Counted from the stretch's first letter, positions 48,919 to 59,521 are shown. The stretch is DNA of 64,000 nt from an uncultured Candidatus Saccharibacteria bacterium (GCA_964584265.1 CAZOZI010000001.1:1623-65622), one strand, 5' to 3'. Made by a program: numbers and translations. Notes: generated by a model not told the origin, from the sequence alone.

Positions 48919-50199
48919 ATGCATGTAAAAAAGAATCTTGTTAAGGACAACGAAGCGGTAATTCAAATTGTCGCCAATGAGGCTGATCTTGCATCAATCA
49001 AGCATCATGTGCTTGAGCATTTGCAGAAAAAGGTTAAAGTTACGGGCTTTCGTGAAGGCAAGGCACCACTAGCCTTAGTTGAAAAAAATACTGATGAGTC
49101 CGTGCTGCAAACAGAATTTCTGGAAGAAGCAATTAATCATTTATACATGAGTGCTGCTAAAGAACTAAGGCTCAAGCCGCTGAGCCAGCCAGAAGTTTCA
49201 CTGCAGAAATTTGTGCCCTACACTCAGCTTGAGTTTGAGGCTAAGGTTGAAGTAATTGGCGATATAACCTTGCCAGATTATAAAAAGATGAAGCGGGTAA
49301 AAAAGGCGGTTACGATTACGACAAAAGACGTTAATGAAGTGCTAAAGAGCTTGCAACTAAGAGCAGCTAGCAAGCAACCTGTCAGCCGGGCTGCTAAAGA
49401 TGGCGATGAGCTAGTCATAGACTTTACCGGTAAAGATGCCAAAGGTGAGCCGGTCAGCGGTGCAGAAGCCAAAGACTATCCGCTGCTACTTGGTAGTGAT
49501 TCTTTTATTCCAGGCTTTGAACCCGAACTAATGGGGCTCAAGGCTGGTGACGAAAAAACATTTACTATCAAATTCCCAAAAGATTACGCAGTTAAAGCGA
49601 TTGCCGGCAAAGCCGTCACCTTCAGCGTTACTGTTAAAACTGTTAATGAAGTAGCGGAGCCGACTTTAGACGATAGTTTTGCGAGCAAAATCGGGCCTTT
49701 CAAAACATTGAGTGAGCTTAAGCTGGATATAAAAAAACAGCTCGGTGTAGAACGGCAAAATGAAGCTGACAGGCAATTTGAAAATGATCTTGTGAACGAT
49801 ATAGCTGCCAAATCGCAGGTCTCAGTACCAACTCGACTTATTGATGAACAAATTGATCTAATGGAGCAAGAAGAGCGTCAAAACCTTACCTATCAAGGCA
49901 AAACTTGGCCAGAACACCTGAAAGAAGAAGGACTAAGTGAAGAACAGCACCGTGAGCAAAAACGGCCACAGGCCGAAGATCGAGTCAAGGCTGGTCTAGT
50001 TTTAAGCGAAATTGCTGAGCATGAAGAACTTATTGTAACTCCGGAAGAATTGGAAGTTCGTCTACAGCTCCTCAAAGGTCAATATAAAGACCAAGCTATG
50101 CAGTCTGAGCTGGACAAACCAGAGAATCGCCGAGATATTGCCTCACGTATTTTGACTGAGAAAACCCTGCAAAAGCTAACTGAATATACTGGTGCGTAA
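48919..50199 (+). CDS. tig: trigger factor
   Basis: N-terminal ribosome-binding domain (GFREGKAP), PPIase-like middle domain, C-terminal arms. 426 aa. Confidence 0.88.
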   Translation: MHVKKNLVKDNEAVIQIVANEADLASIKHHVLEHLQKKVKVTGFREGKAPLALVEKNTDESVLQTEFLEEAINHLYMSAAKELRLKPLSQPEVSLQKFVPYTQLEFEAKVEVIGDITLPDYKKMKRVKKAVTITTKDVNEVLKSLQLRAASKQPVSRAAKDGDELVIDFTGKDAKGEPVSGAEAKDYPLLLGSDSFIPGFEPELMGLKAGDEKTFTIKFPKDYAVKAIAGKAVTFSVTVKTVNEVAEPTLDDSFASKIGPFKTLSELKLDIKKQLGVERQNEADRQFENDLVNDIAAKSQVSVPTRLIDEQIDLMEQEERQNLTYQGKTWPEHLKEEGLSEEQHREQKRPQAEDRVKAGLVLSEIAEHEELIVTPEELEVRLQLLKGQYKDQAMQSELDKPENRRDIASRILTEKTLQKLTEYTGA

Positions 50200-50202
50200 A
50201 CT

Positions 50203-50493
50203 ATGTCTGAACAAAGTCATACATTTCCTCGGGAACTTCATCCATGGATAGGTGAGAATCACAGCGGCTTACCAATATGGCGGTGTATAGATGCAGCCGA
50301 GGATGCATCTTCAACGAGCGATGTTCACTATTACTTTTTTATAGACGGACTAGGGGTAGGCTATATTAGAGAGCTGAATGGTCTCTACTTTGCTTCCCGA
50401 GAAGGTGATGCAAGAGGTACGTTTATTGGTCCTTTAATACCTGAAGAAGCGGTTAATTTAGTTGAGAGTTACCAACCGACAATGGAAGAATAA
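50203..50493 (+). CDS. hypothetical small protein (96 aa)
   Basis: ORF 3 nt after the tig stop. No motif. Confidence 0.4.
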   Translation: MSEQSHTFPRELHPWIGENHSGLPIWRCIDAAEDASSTSDVHYYFFIDGLGVGYIRELNGLYFASREGDARGTFIGPLIPEEAVNLVESYQPTMEE

Positions 50494-50494
50494 A

Positions 50495-50521
50495 TTAGCA
50501 CTCTCACTTGACGAGTGCTAA
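50495..50521 (+). promoter_or_regulatory. CIRCE (HrcA operator) inverted repeat upstream of clpP, overlapping promoter
   Basis: TTAGCACTC-tcacttgac-GAGTGCTAA, perfect 9+9 match to CIRCE consensus (11-bp stem with flanking A/T). Loop contains -35 TTGACG (50508-50513); -10 TATACT at 50532-50537; ATG 50547 (near-leaderless). Confidence 0.85.
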
Positions 50522-50546
50522 TTTATTGCTGTATACTTTTTTGCAT

Positions 50547-51158
50547 ATGAGTAATCCAACCAGTCAAATCTTAGTTCCAACTGTTATTGAAACTGAAGGA
50601 CGCATGGAGCGCGCCTACGACATTTACTCACGGCTTTTAAAAGATCGCATCATTTTCATCGGTGACGACGTTAATCCGCACACTGCAAATTTGATTGTCG
50701 CACAACTTTTATTCCTCGATAATGACGATAGCAAGAAAGACATTTTTCTATATATTAATAGCCCAGGCGGAAGTGTTTATGACGCTCTTGCTATCTTTGA
50801 CACCATGCAATTTGTTAAGTCTGATATTCAAACTTTCGGCATTGGTGTTCAGGCCAGCGCAGCCGCATTTCTACTAAGCAGCGGCACTAAAGGGAAGCGT
50901 TTCTTGCTACCTCATGCTACCGTCATGATTCACCAACCTTCCAGTGGTACACGCGGTAAGGTAACGGATCAAGAAATTGACTTAAAGGAAGCTTTACGTG
51001 TTAAGAGGCTAATGGAACAAATTATGGCAAAAAACACTGGCCAAAAACTCGATAAAATCCACAATGACATGGAGCGCGACTTCTGGTTGACTGCTGAAGA
51101 AGCCAAGAAATATGGTTTAGTGGACGGCATCGTCTCCAACCCGCCCAAACTTAGCTAA
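50547..51158 (+). CDS. clpP: ATP-dependent Clp protease proteolytic subunit
   Basis: Catalytic Ser ([11 protein letters not shown]), His (VMIHQP), Asp ([11 protein letters not shown]). Start at [15 protein letters not shown]. Confidence 0.93.
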   Translation: MSNPTSQILVPTVIETEGRMERAYDIYSRLLKDRIIFIGDDVNPHTANLIVAQLLFLDNDDSKKDIFLYINSPGGSVYDALAIFDTMQFVKSDIQTFGIGVQASAAAFLLSSGTKGKRFLLPHATVMIHQPSSGTRGKVTDQEIDLKEALRVKRLMEQIMAKNTGQKLDKIHNDMERDFWLTAEEAKKYGLVDGIVSNPPKLS

Positions 51159-51185
51159 AATTCTCATGGTTTTAGATGACATTTT

Positions 51186-51950
51186 GTGTATGCTATTCTC
51201 GAGCATGAATGGAGTTTTGATATGGCTCATGAGTCAATAGACGTACGCGGGTTGAACTTTGTAGTCTTGCGCCCAAGGGATTTACCTGAAAGTGCATGGG
51301 ATGAATATACTGAACTTGAACGACGTGGATACACAGCAGACTTTGCAAATCGAACGCCAGAGGAGATTGACCACTTCCTAGACGTTGATGGTAATCCTAG
51401 TTTTAAAGCTAGAAGGTTGGATCCAAACACTACAGTTGGCAACAGATTTTATGCGGGCCAAGAGTTTTTCAGCCCAAAACTGGTATTAGCTCTGACTGAA
51501 CATGGTGATATGGTGGCATCGGCTTATAGTGTCGGGAATGTCTCGGGAGGATCTTCGTTCACTCGACAGCTCAAACACCTTAGTCCAGTACACAACTATA
51601 CGGCTTTACACTCGGTTGTCGAAGCGCCAGAATTTCAGGAACGCGGCTTAATGGAAGTGCTTGTAGCCCTGTCGTTTCACGGCCTGCGCCGCTTCAAACC
51701 AAGTGCTGTTTATCCGCTTGTAGAAGAAAAAGACTTTTTGTTTCGGATGCAGAATATTGGCTATAGGCTAACAACAGAACAGCCAGAGCCTAAATCATAT
51801 TTTGGAACTGTGGAAAATGGCCACCAGCCAGGCTGGCAGCTACGCTATGCGGTGCGCGCTGGGCAACTAGTCATTTGGAATGTATGGGGTTTGCCAGGTG
51901 GTAATGAAGCGCTAGAGCAAGCGCGAAACAACCTTCGTACGCAACTCTGA
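51186..51950 (+). CDS. hypothetical protein (254 aa; alternative start 51222) in the position usually occupied by clpX
   Basis: ORF directly downstream of clpP. No AAA+ motifs. Confidence 0.5.
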   Translation: MYAILEHEWSFDMAHESIDVRGLNFVVLRPRDLPESAWDEYTELERRGYTADFANRTPEEIDHFLDVDGNPSFKARRLDPNTTVGNRFYAGQEFFSPKLVLALTEHGDMVASAYSVGNVSGGSSFTRQLKHLSPVHNYTALHSVVEAPEFQERGLMEVLVALSFHGLRRFKPSAVYPLVEEKDFLFRMQNIGYRLTTEQPEPKSYFGTVENGHQPGWQLRYAVRAGQLVIWNVWGLPGGNEALEQARNNLRTQL

Positions 51951-51984
51951 AACCAGTTGATTAATCTTAAAAACAAATAAGTTG

Positions 51985-52013
51985 TTGACATGAGAAATCT
52001 CATTGTTTAGACT
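51985..52013 (+). promoter_or_regulatory. putative rpoBC promoter
   Basis: -35 TTGACA, 17-nt spacer (contains palindrome TGAGAAATCTCA), -10 TAGACT. About 135-nt leader, AAGGAG RBS at 52133-52138. Confidence 0.45.
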
Positions 52014-52148
52014 GTACATTAAGAAGTAGTGTATGCTGGGCAGTGCTTATGTTGTCGTAAATAGAGCACTTAAAAACTCCCACTTAGTAATCTTCGCGCG
52101 AAAAAAGCCATTATTTAGCCAAGTTTATAAAGAAGGAGCAGTGCCAGC

Positions 52149-55100
52149 GTGCCCCGAGTAAAGACAACCTTACCTAAAAAACAAACACGTACTTATTTCA
52201 GTGATATAGATGATGCCCTTGAACTACCTAATCTGGTTGATCACCAGAATCGCTCTTTTCAATGGTTTGTAGAAGAAGGTCTGGGCGAGCTACTGTCTGA
52301 AGTCAGTCCAATTGATGACTATACCGGCACTAAATTGAGCCTAAGGTTCAAGGACTATCGTTTTGAAGCCCCAAAAATGACAGAAGCTGAGGCTCACGAG
52401 AACAACGTGAGCTTTGAAGCACCGCTAAAAGCCAAAGTTGAGTTAGTTAACAAAGTAACCGGTGAAGTAAAAGAACAAGAAATCTATTTAGGCGATTACC
52501 CATGGATGACCACTCGCGGTACTTTTGTTATAAACGGAGCTGAGCGCGTTGTTGTTTCACAATTAATTCGTTCAGCAGGCGTGTTCTTTACGGCTGATGC
52601 CCACGGTAGTACCAACCTGTATGGCGCAAAGGTTATTCCTGGGCGTGGGGCGTGGCTGGAGTTTGAAACTGCCGCCAACGGAGCACTTTATGTCAAGATC
52701 GACCGCAAACGAAAGATACCTGTAACCACGTTGCTTCGAGCTCTGGGACTGAGTGACGCCGAAATGCGTGAACGCTTTAAACACGTTGATCAAGGCAGCC
52801 TCAACTATCTGACTGCCACACTAGAAAAAGACCTAGCTAAGGGCAGCCAGGAAGCTCTCATTGAAGTTTATCGTCGTTTGCGACCAGGTGATTTGGCAAC
52901 AGTTGATAATGCTCGCAGCTTGTTAGAAAACATGTTTTATAACTTCAAACGTTTTGATTTCAGCCGTGTTGGTCGTTACAAGATTAATAAGCGTCTCAAT
53001 CTAGATGTAACGAATACGATTGAGAATCGTGTTATGCGTCTTGAAGATCTAGTGGCAATCGTGGCCGAAATTATGCGGCTCAATAACACCCAGGACCCTG
53101 CTGACGATATTGATTCACTGGCCAATCGACGCGTTAAGCTCGTAGGTGAGCTGGTGCAACGCCAATTCCGTATTGGCCTGCTTAGAATGGAGCGTAACAC
53201 TAAAGATCGTATGAGTATGAGCGAAATCGAGACTGTCACACCTGCTCAGCTTATCAATGCCCGGCCAGTGGTTGCAGCCGTCAGAGAGTTCTTTGCCAGC
53301 TCGCAGTTGAGCCAATTCATGGATCAGATTAATCCACTCAGTGAACTTGCCCACAAAAGGCGCCTCAGCTCAATGGGTCCGGGCGGACTTAGCCGCGAAC
53401 GGGCTGGTTTTGAGGTGCGCGATGCGCACGCTACGCACTATGGACGTATCTGTGCCGTTGAAACACCAGAAGGCGCTAATATTGGACTAGTGCTTAATCT
53501 GGCCAACTATGCTCGTATTAATGACTATGGTTTTATAGAAACTCCATACCGTAAAGTTATTAACGCGGTTACGGCTAAAGCTGCTGTTGGCCATATTGCA
53601 GCCGTAAATCTTGAGAATGAAAAAGGTAAGGTGCTAGTAAAAGCGGGTGCCAAGATTTCGTCAGAAGTCGCTAAGCGCTTGGCAGCAGTTAAATCACGTG
53701 CAACTTGGCCAGTCAAAGCTCGTGTAACCGACGAGGTTGTCTATTTGGACGCCGCCGGAGAAGAGAGCGCCGTTATTGCCAGTGCAGGCGAAAAAATTGA
53801 TAACAAAGACTACTTTGTGAATGAACGCGTCAGTGCTCGTAGCCGTTTAGTGTCGGGTGAAATTGACGCCAACGAAGTTACGCACATGGATGCTTCGCGC
53901 CGCCAAATTATTGGCTCAAGTGCAGGTCTTATACCATTTATTGAGAAGAATTATGTCTATCGCTCCCTTATGGGTAGTAACCAACAGCGTCAAGCTGTGC
54001 CGCTCATCAAACCCTCAGCGCCTATTGTCGGAACAGGCATGGAGGCAGCGGTTGCACGTAATAGTGGACAAGTTATTCTAGCCGAAGAGGCTGGCCAAGT
54101 TCTTAAGGCTGCCGCTGATGAAATTGTTGTTCAGTATAAGAGTCGTAAAGCGACCTATCACCCATTGCACTATGTTCGCAGCAATGAAGGTACTAGCATC
54201 AATCACAAAGTAGCTGTCAGCACTGGCGATAAGGTTAAAGCTGGCGATGTTTTGATTGAAGGTATGTCTATTGAAAGCGGTGAATTGGCCCTGGGCAAAG
54301 ACCTGTTAGTTGCCTTTATGCCATGGTCTGGCTACAACTTCGAGGACGCCATTATTATTTCTCGCCGTTTGGTCGAAGACGACTCACTAACCTCAGTTCA
54401 CATTGTTGATTTCATGGTAGAAGTGCGTGAGACCAAATTAGGGCCGGAAATTGTTACCCGAGATATTCCAAATGTCTCTGAGGAAGCTCTGCGGCACCTT
54501 GACGAGGACGGTATTGTGCGTATTGGTGCAGAAGTGCACCCGGGCGATATTTTAGTTGGTAAAATTACACCCAAAGGCGAACAAGAGCTAAGCAGCGAAG
54601 AGCGCTTATTGCGCGCTATCTTTGGTGAAAAAGCTAAAGAGGTTCGTGATACGTCTCAGCGTATGAGTAACGGCAAGCATGGCAAAGTTGTTGGTGTAAA
54701 AGTTTTCAGCCGGGCTACAGGACATGAATTAAAAGCTGGCGTTATTATGCAAATTCAGGTTTTTGTAGCTCAAATGCGCAAAATTGCAGTAGGCGATAAG
54801 CTTGGCGGGCGGCACGGTAACAAGGGTGTTATTGCTAGGATTCTACCGATAGAAGATATGCCCTTTATGGAAGACGGGACACCGGTTGACATCGTTCTTA
54901 ATCCGCTCGGCGTGCCGTCGCGTATGAACGTTGGGCAGCTGTTTGAAACGCACCTTGGCATGGCAGCTAAGGCCTTGGGGATGAAGGTAGCCAGCCCTTC
55001 TTTTGATGGCGTACTGATTGAAAAAATTCAAAGTCTGCTAAAAGAAGCTGGTTTGCCCGAGGATGGTAAACAGCAACTCTATGACGGACGAACTGGGCAG

Positions 55101-55718
55101 TCCTTTAAAGAGCGCACCACAGTCGGGTCAATGTATATGATCAAACTTAACCATATGGTGACTGATAAAATTCATGCTCGTTCAACTGGTCCATACACCA
55201 TGGTCACCCAGCAACCACTTGGCGGTAAGGCGCAAAACGGTGGACAGCGCTTTGGTGAGATGGAAGTCTGGGCACTTGAAGCTTATGGTGCTTCCAACAC
55301 GCTACAAGAGATGTTGACTATTAAATCTGACGATGTTTATGGTCGCTCAAAAGCCTACGAGTCAATTATTAAACACACCGAAATTGTTGGTCCTAAAGTT
55401 CCCGAAAGCTTCAATGTGCTCGTTAAAGAGTTGCAAGGCCTGGGCTTAAAAGTTGATTTAATGAGCTCTGACAAGTTGATCGATGCTGAAGCTGTGTTAG
55501 CCGAGAACATTAAGGATGAGGCCGAGCACCAACCAGCCCTGGAAGTGCCAGCAGCACCAATTTCTGATATCGATATCACGGAAGATGCCTCAGCTGACGA
55601 ATTCGTGGTTATGGAGCTAGCAGATGATATACCTGCTACTACCGTAATCCCTACTAGTGATGGCGATGATAGCACGATAAGTATTACTGATGATGAAGAG
55701 CAGGAGGCAACGACATGA
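52149..55718 (+). CDS. rpoB: DNA-directed RNA polymerase subunit beta
   Basis: 1189 aa. GTG start. N-terminus aligns with RpoB. Rifampicin cluster region and all beta conserved regions present. Confidence 0.97.
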   Translation: MPRVKTTLPKKQTRTYFSDIDDALELPNLVDHQNRSFQWFVEEGLGELLSEVSPIDDYTGTKLSLRFKDYRFEAPKMTEAEAHENNVSFEAPLKAKVELVNKVTGEVKEQEIYLGDYPWMTTRGTFVINGAERVVVSQLIRSAGVFFTADAHGSTNLYGAKVIPGRGAWLEFETAANGALYVKIDRKRKIPVTTLLRALGLSDAEMRERFKHVDQGSLNYLTATLEKDLAKGSQEALIEVYRRLRPGDLATVDNARSLLENMFYNFKRFDFSRVGRYKINKRLNLDVTNTIENRVMRLEDLVAIVAEIMRLNNTQDPADDIDSLANRRVKLVGELVQRQFRIGLLRMERNTKDRMSMSEIETVTPAQLINARPVVAAVREFFASSQLSQFMDQINPLSELAHKRRLSSMGPGGLSRERAGFEVRDAHATHYGRICAVETPEGANIGLVLNLANYARINDYGFIETPYRKVINAVTAKAAVGHIAAVNLENEKGKVLVKAGAKISSEVAKRLAAVKSRATWPVKARVTDEVVYLDAAGEESAVIASAGEKIDNKDYFVNERVSARSRLVSGEIDANEVTHMDASRRQIIGSSAGLIPFIEKNYVYRSLMGSNQQRQAVPLIKPSAPIVGTGMEAAVARNSGQVILAEEAGQVLKAAADEIVVQYKSRKATYHPLHYVRSNEGTSINHKVAVSTGDKVKAGDVLIEGMSIESGELALGKDLLVAFMPWSGYNFEDAIIISRRLVEDDSLTSVHIVDFMVEVRETKLGPEIVTRDIPNVSEEALRHLDEDGIVRIGAEVHPGDILVGKITPKGEQELSSEERLLRAIFGEKAKEVRDTSQRMSNGKHGKVVGVKVFSRATGHELKAGVIMQIQVFVAQMRKIAVGDKLGGRHGNKGVIARILPIEDMPFMEDGTPVDIVLNPLGVPSRMNVGQLFETHLGMAAKALGMKVASPSFDGVLIEKIQSLLKEAGLPEDGKQQLYDGRTGQSFKERTTVGSMYMIKLNHMVTDKIHARSTGPYTMVTQQPLGGKAQNGGQRFGEMEVWALEAYGASNTLQEMLTIKSDDVYGRSKAYESIIKHTEIVGPKVPESFNVLVKELQGLGLKVDLMSSDKLIDAEAVLAENIKDEAEHQPALEVPAAPISDIDITEDASADEFVVMELADDIPATTVIPTSDGDDSTISITDDEEQEATT

Positions 55719-58700
55719 TTCGACGCTATAACCATGGTACCAATATTGCTGACTTTGACGCCGTCCGCTTAGCTGTGGCTAGTCCTGAGGATATTTTAGA
55801 GTGGAGTCACGGTGAAGTTACAAAGCCGGAGACCATCAATTATCGAACCCAAAAGCCTGAACGTGACGGTCTATTCTGCGAGCGAATTTTTGGACCAGTT
55901 AAAGATATTAATCCTCATGATGCCAAATATAAAGGGGTTCGCTCACGCGAAGCCGCCGTTGACAAAAACGGTGAGTTGGTAACACGAAGCATCGTGCGCC
56001 GCGAGAGAATGGGGCATATTTCACTTGCTAGTCCGGTTGCTCATATCTGGTTTTTGCGCGGCACACCTTCTGCCATAGGGCTTGTGCTTGGAATGACCGT
56101 TAAAAACCTGGAGCGAGTAGCGTATTTTGCCAGCTATATTATAAAAACCGTAGATATCAAAAAGCGCGATGCTATGCTGGCCGATAAAGAAGCTGAATTT
56201 ACGGCTGCTAAAGAAGCTATTCGGCTGCGCTATGAGAAAGAAGCCAAAGTTCCAGAGATTGATGTTAAGCAGCTGGCTGAAAAGCAAAATAAAGAAACCG
56301 AAGAGCTTACCAAGGACTATGAGCAAACAAAGGCCCAGCTTGACGCTCTGAACCGTTTTAACTTGATTAGTGAAACCGATTTTCGTAATCTGCCAGACGA
56401 AGTACAAGCACTAGTCAGTGTGGGAATGGGCGGAGCAGCCCTTAAGGAACTGCTAGACGAGGTAGAGCTCGATAAGTTGATTGCTGAGCTCACTAAAGAA
56501 GCTGAAGAAGCCAAGGGTCAACGTAAGAAGAAGATTATGAAGCGTTTAAGGCTGCTCGAGAGCATGCACCGCGCTGGCATCAAATCAAGCAGCTTATGCT
56601 TGAGTGTTTTACCAGTCATCCCGCCTGATTTACGGCCAATGGTACAACTTACTGGTGGTCGTTTTGCTACCAGCGATTTAAATGATCTATACCGACGTGT
56701 CATCAACCGCAACAATCGCCTTAAGAAACTAATTGAACTAAACGCGCCTGAAGTAATTCGCCGCAATGAGCAACGTATGCTGCAAGAAGCTGTTGATGCT
56801 CTGGTTGATAATAATAACGCGCGCAGCGGCCGTGCTGTGGCGGCAACTGGTCAAAGGCGCCGTCTCAAGAGCCTCAGTGATATGTTGAAGGGTAAACAAG
56901 GACGTTTCCGCCAAAATCTGCTCGGCAAACGCGTAGACTACTCCGGTCGTTCTGTTATAGTAGCTGGCCCAGAATTAAAAATTGATGAGTGTGGCTTGCC
57001 AAAAATGATGGCATTGGAACTGTTTAAGCCTTTCGTCATAGGACATCTTATTGAGCAAGAACATGCACACAATATTCGCAGTGCAACACGCATGATAGAA
57101 ACCGGAGAAACGGCTGTATGGGATGCACTTGACGAAGTCATTAAAGGTAAATATGTATTACTTAACCGCGCGCCTAGCTTGCACCGACTCAGCATACAAG
57201 CTTTCCAGCCAGTATTAATTGAAGGTAAGGCTATCCAGTTACACCCATTGGTATGCAAAGGCTTTAATGCTGACTTTGACGGCGACCAAATGGCTGTTCA
57301 CTTGCCTTTGAGCGATGAGGCACAAGCGGAAGCAAGAGATATCATGGCAAGTAACAAAAACCTCTTAAAACCGGCAGATGGCTCGCCAATTCTGCACATC
57401 GAGCAAGATATTGTGCTGGGCTGTTACTATCTAACATATGAAAAGCCAAATCGGAAAGAGATTAAACCCCGTAGCCTTGCTACGATCGCTGAGGCGATTA
57501 TGGCTCACGATGCAGGAGTAATTGAGCTGCAAAGTCGTATCCGTGTCCCTATGCGTGGCAGCGTGCATGAAACAACTCTAGGTCGGCTTTTGTTTAATGA
57601 GATCTTCCCAGAAGACTTCCCTTTCCAGGATGAAGCAATGACCAAGAAAAAGTTGCAGCAGGTGATGGCGCAGGTATATCAGGCCTATGGCCAGTTGCGA
57701 ACGGCAGAAATTGCTGATGATCTAAAAGATATTGGCTTTGCTTATGCAACACGCTCTGGGTTGTCAATGGGGATGGGTGACTTCAGCGACATTAAAGGAT
57801 TAGATAAACTACTTGCAGATGGTGAAAAAAGAGCCACGGACATAAGTGCTCAATACGACCAAGGTTTTATAACTGAAGAAGAAAGACATCGTTTAACGGT
57901 TGATAACTGGCAAAGCGTTGATGCTCATGTGCAAAACGTTTTAAGTGAACAGTTTGCTAACGAAGATAGTGCAATGTCCATTGCGGTGGTATCCGGGGCA
58001 CGCGGTAATATTGGCCAAGTTAAGACGGCCGTTGGTTTGCTTGGTATAACGACCGATGCAACCGGCCGTGCCATTGAGTTGCCGATTCGTTCTAACTACA
58101 AATATGGCCTCACACCGCTGGAATACTTCACTGCGACTCGTGGTGCACGCAAGGGTATGATTGACACTGCGCTTAAAACAGCTGATTCTGGCTATCTTAC
58201 ACGACGTCTCGTTGATGTCAGTCAGGATGTATTTACCCTTGATGAAGAGGCTCGTGACCCAGGTTTCGCACTATACCGTGAAGATGCGGATGAGATAGGC
58301 GTAAGCTATGCATCGCGTTTAAGCGGTCGCTTTGCATCTGAGACAGTCACCGGGCTACTCAAAAAAGGCCAACTTATTTCGCCAGAGGTAGCGGCTAAGA
58401 TTGAAGGTGATAATAAGCTTGATGGCATACGTATCATGAGTGTGCTCAGTACTACAAGCATTCGCGGCATTACGCGCAAGTCGTATGGCATTGATCCAGC
58501 AACTGGTGAGTTGGTAGCTGCACACCATCCTGTAGGTGTTATCGCTGCACAGAGTATTGGTGAACCTGGTACCCAGCTTACACTTAAGACCTTTCACTCT
58601 GGAGGTGTGGCCGGTGAAGATATCACGACTGGGCTCCCTCGTGTCGAAGAGTTATTTGAGGTTCGCACACCCAAGGGACAGGCCTTTTTGGCTGATATTG

Positions 58701-59521
58701 CTGGCACGGTAAAACTCAGTGAAGAAGGCGACCACTACGCCGTCGAGTTAGCAGCTGACGAAGCCGAAAAAGTAACTCTTAAACTAGCTGGTCGTATGCC
58801 ACAAATTAAGAATGGGCACGAAGTTACGATAGGTGACGTATTGGCTGCTAATGAAGATGGCTCAGAGCCATTGCCCGCCACTATTTCCGGCAAAGTGCGT
58901 GTCAATAAAGACCACATAGTCATTTCACCGACCAAGCAAAGCGTGTTGCGCTATGAAGTACCTGGTTTTAAGCAAATGCTTATTAAATCGAACGATAAAG
59001 TAACAGCTGGACAACGACTGACAAATGGTTCTATAAACTTGCATGATCTCATGCGTCTCAAAGGCATTGAGGCCACTCAACGCTATATCATGAACGAAAT
59101 CCTAAAGATTTTTGCTTCTCAGGGTCAAAATATCGCTGATAAACATCTTGAAATCATCGTGCGGCAAATGTTTAGCAGGGTGCAGATTGAAGAGGCTGGA
59201 GACAGCGAATTTGTAGTTGGTGATATTGCCAGCAAGCAGGCGGTTATTGAAGCCAACGTGAAATTAAAAGCTGAAAAGAAAGAACCAGCCAAGTTCAATC
59301 AGCTATTACTTGGAATTACCAAAGCTTCGTTGAGCACAGACTCGTTCCTGAGTGCTGCTAGTTTCCAGGACACTACTCGAGTACTCATCAGTGCCGCCAC
59401 TAGCGGTAAGGTAGACAAACTCTTTGGCCTTAAAGAGAATGTTATTTTGGGGCGCCGTATTCCGGTTGGTACGGGTTTTGGAGCTAAGCAAGAGGCTGAA
59501 GCGGTTGAACATGAGGAGTAA
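55715..59521 (+). CDS. rpoC: DNA-directed RNA polymerase subunit beta' (both canonical Zn-site cysteines absent)
   Basis: 1268 aa. NADFDGD catalytic motif present, GVIAAQSIGEPGTQLT, trigger loop. No Cys between FGPVKD and RRERMGH. No Cys in the ~130 aa before GVIAAQSIGEPGTQ. Confidence 0.97.
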   Translation: MIRRYNHGTNIADFDAVRLAVASPEDILEWSHGEVTKPETINYRTQKPERDGLFCERIFGPVKDINPHDAKYKGVRSREAAVDKNGELVTRSIVRRERMGHISLASPVAHIWFLRGTPSAIGLVLGMTVKNLERVAYFASYIIKTVDIKKRDAMLADKEAEFTAAKEAIRLRYEKEAKVPEIDVKQLAEKQNKETEELTKDYEQTKAQLDALNRFNLISETDFRNLPDEVQALVSVGMGGAALKELLDEVELDKLIAELTKEAEEAKGQRKKKIMKRLRLLESMHRAGIKSSSLCLSVLPVIPPDLRPMVQLTGGRFATSDLNDLYRRVINRNNRLKKLIELNAPEVIRRNEQRMLQEAVDALVDNNNARSGRAVAATGQRRRLKSLSDMLKGKQGRFRQNLLGKRVDYSGRSVIVAGPELKIDECGLPKMMALELFKPFVIGHLIEQEHAHNIRSATRMIETGETAVWDALDEVIKGKYVLLNRAPSLHRLSIQAFQPVLIEGKAIQLHPLVCKGFNADFDGDQMAVHLPLSDEAQAEARDIMASNKNLLKPADGSPILHIEQDIVLGCYYLTYEKPNRKEIKPRSLATIAEAIMAHDAGVIELQSRIRVPMRGSVHETTLGRLLFNEIFPEDFPFQDEAMTKKKLQQVMAQVYQAYGQLRTAEIADDLKDIGFAYATRSGLSMGMGDFSDIKGLDKLLADGEKRATDISAQYDQGFITEEERHRLTVDNWQSVDAHVQNVLSEQFANEDSAMSIAVVSGARGNIGQVKTAVGLLGITTDATGRAIELPIRSNYKYGLTPLEYFTATRGARKGMIDTALKTADSGYLTRRLVDVSQDVFTLDEEARDPGFALYREDADEIGVSYASRLSGRFASETVTGLLKKGQLISPEVAAKIEGDNKLDGIRIMSVLSTTSIRGITRKSYGIDPATGELVAAHHPVGVIAAQSIGEPGTQLTLKTFHSGGVAGEDITTGLPRVEELFEVRTPKGQAFLADIAGTVKLSEEGDHYAVELAADEAEKVTLKLAGRMPQIKNGHEVTIGDVLAANEDGSEPLPATISGKVRVNKDHIVISPTKQSVLRYEVPGFKQMLIKSNDKVTAGQRLTNGSINLHDLMRLKGIEATQRYIMNEILKIFASQGQNIADKHLEIIVRQMFSRVQIEEAGDSEFVVGDIASKQAVIEANVKLKAEKKEPAKFNQLLLGITKASLSTDSFLSAASFQDTTRVLISAATSGKVDKLFGLKENVILGRRIPVGTGFGAKQEAEAVEHEE

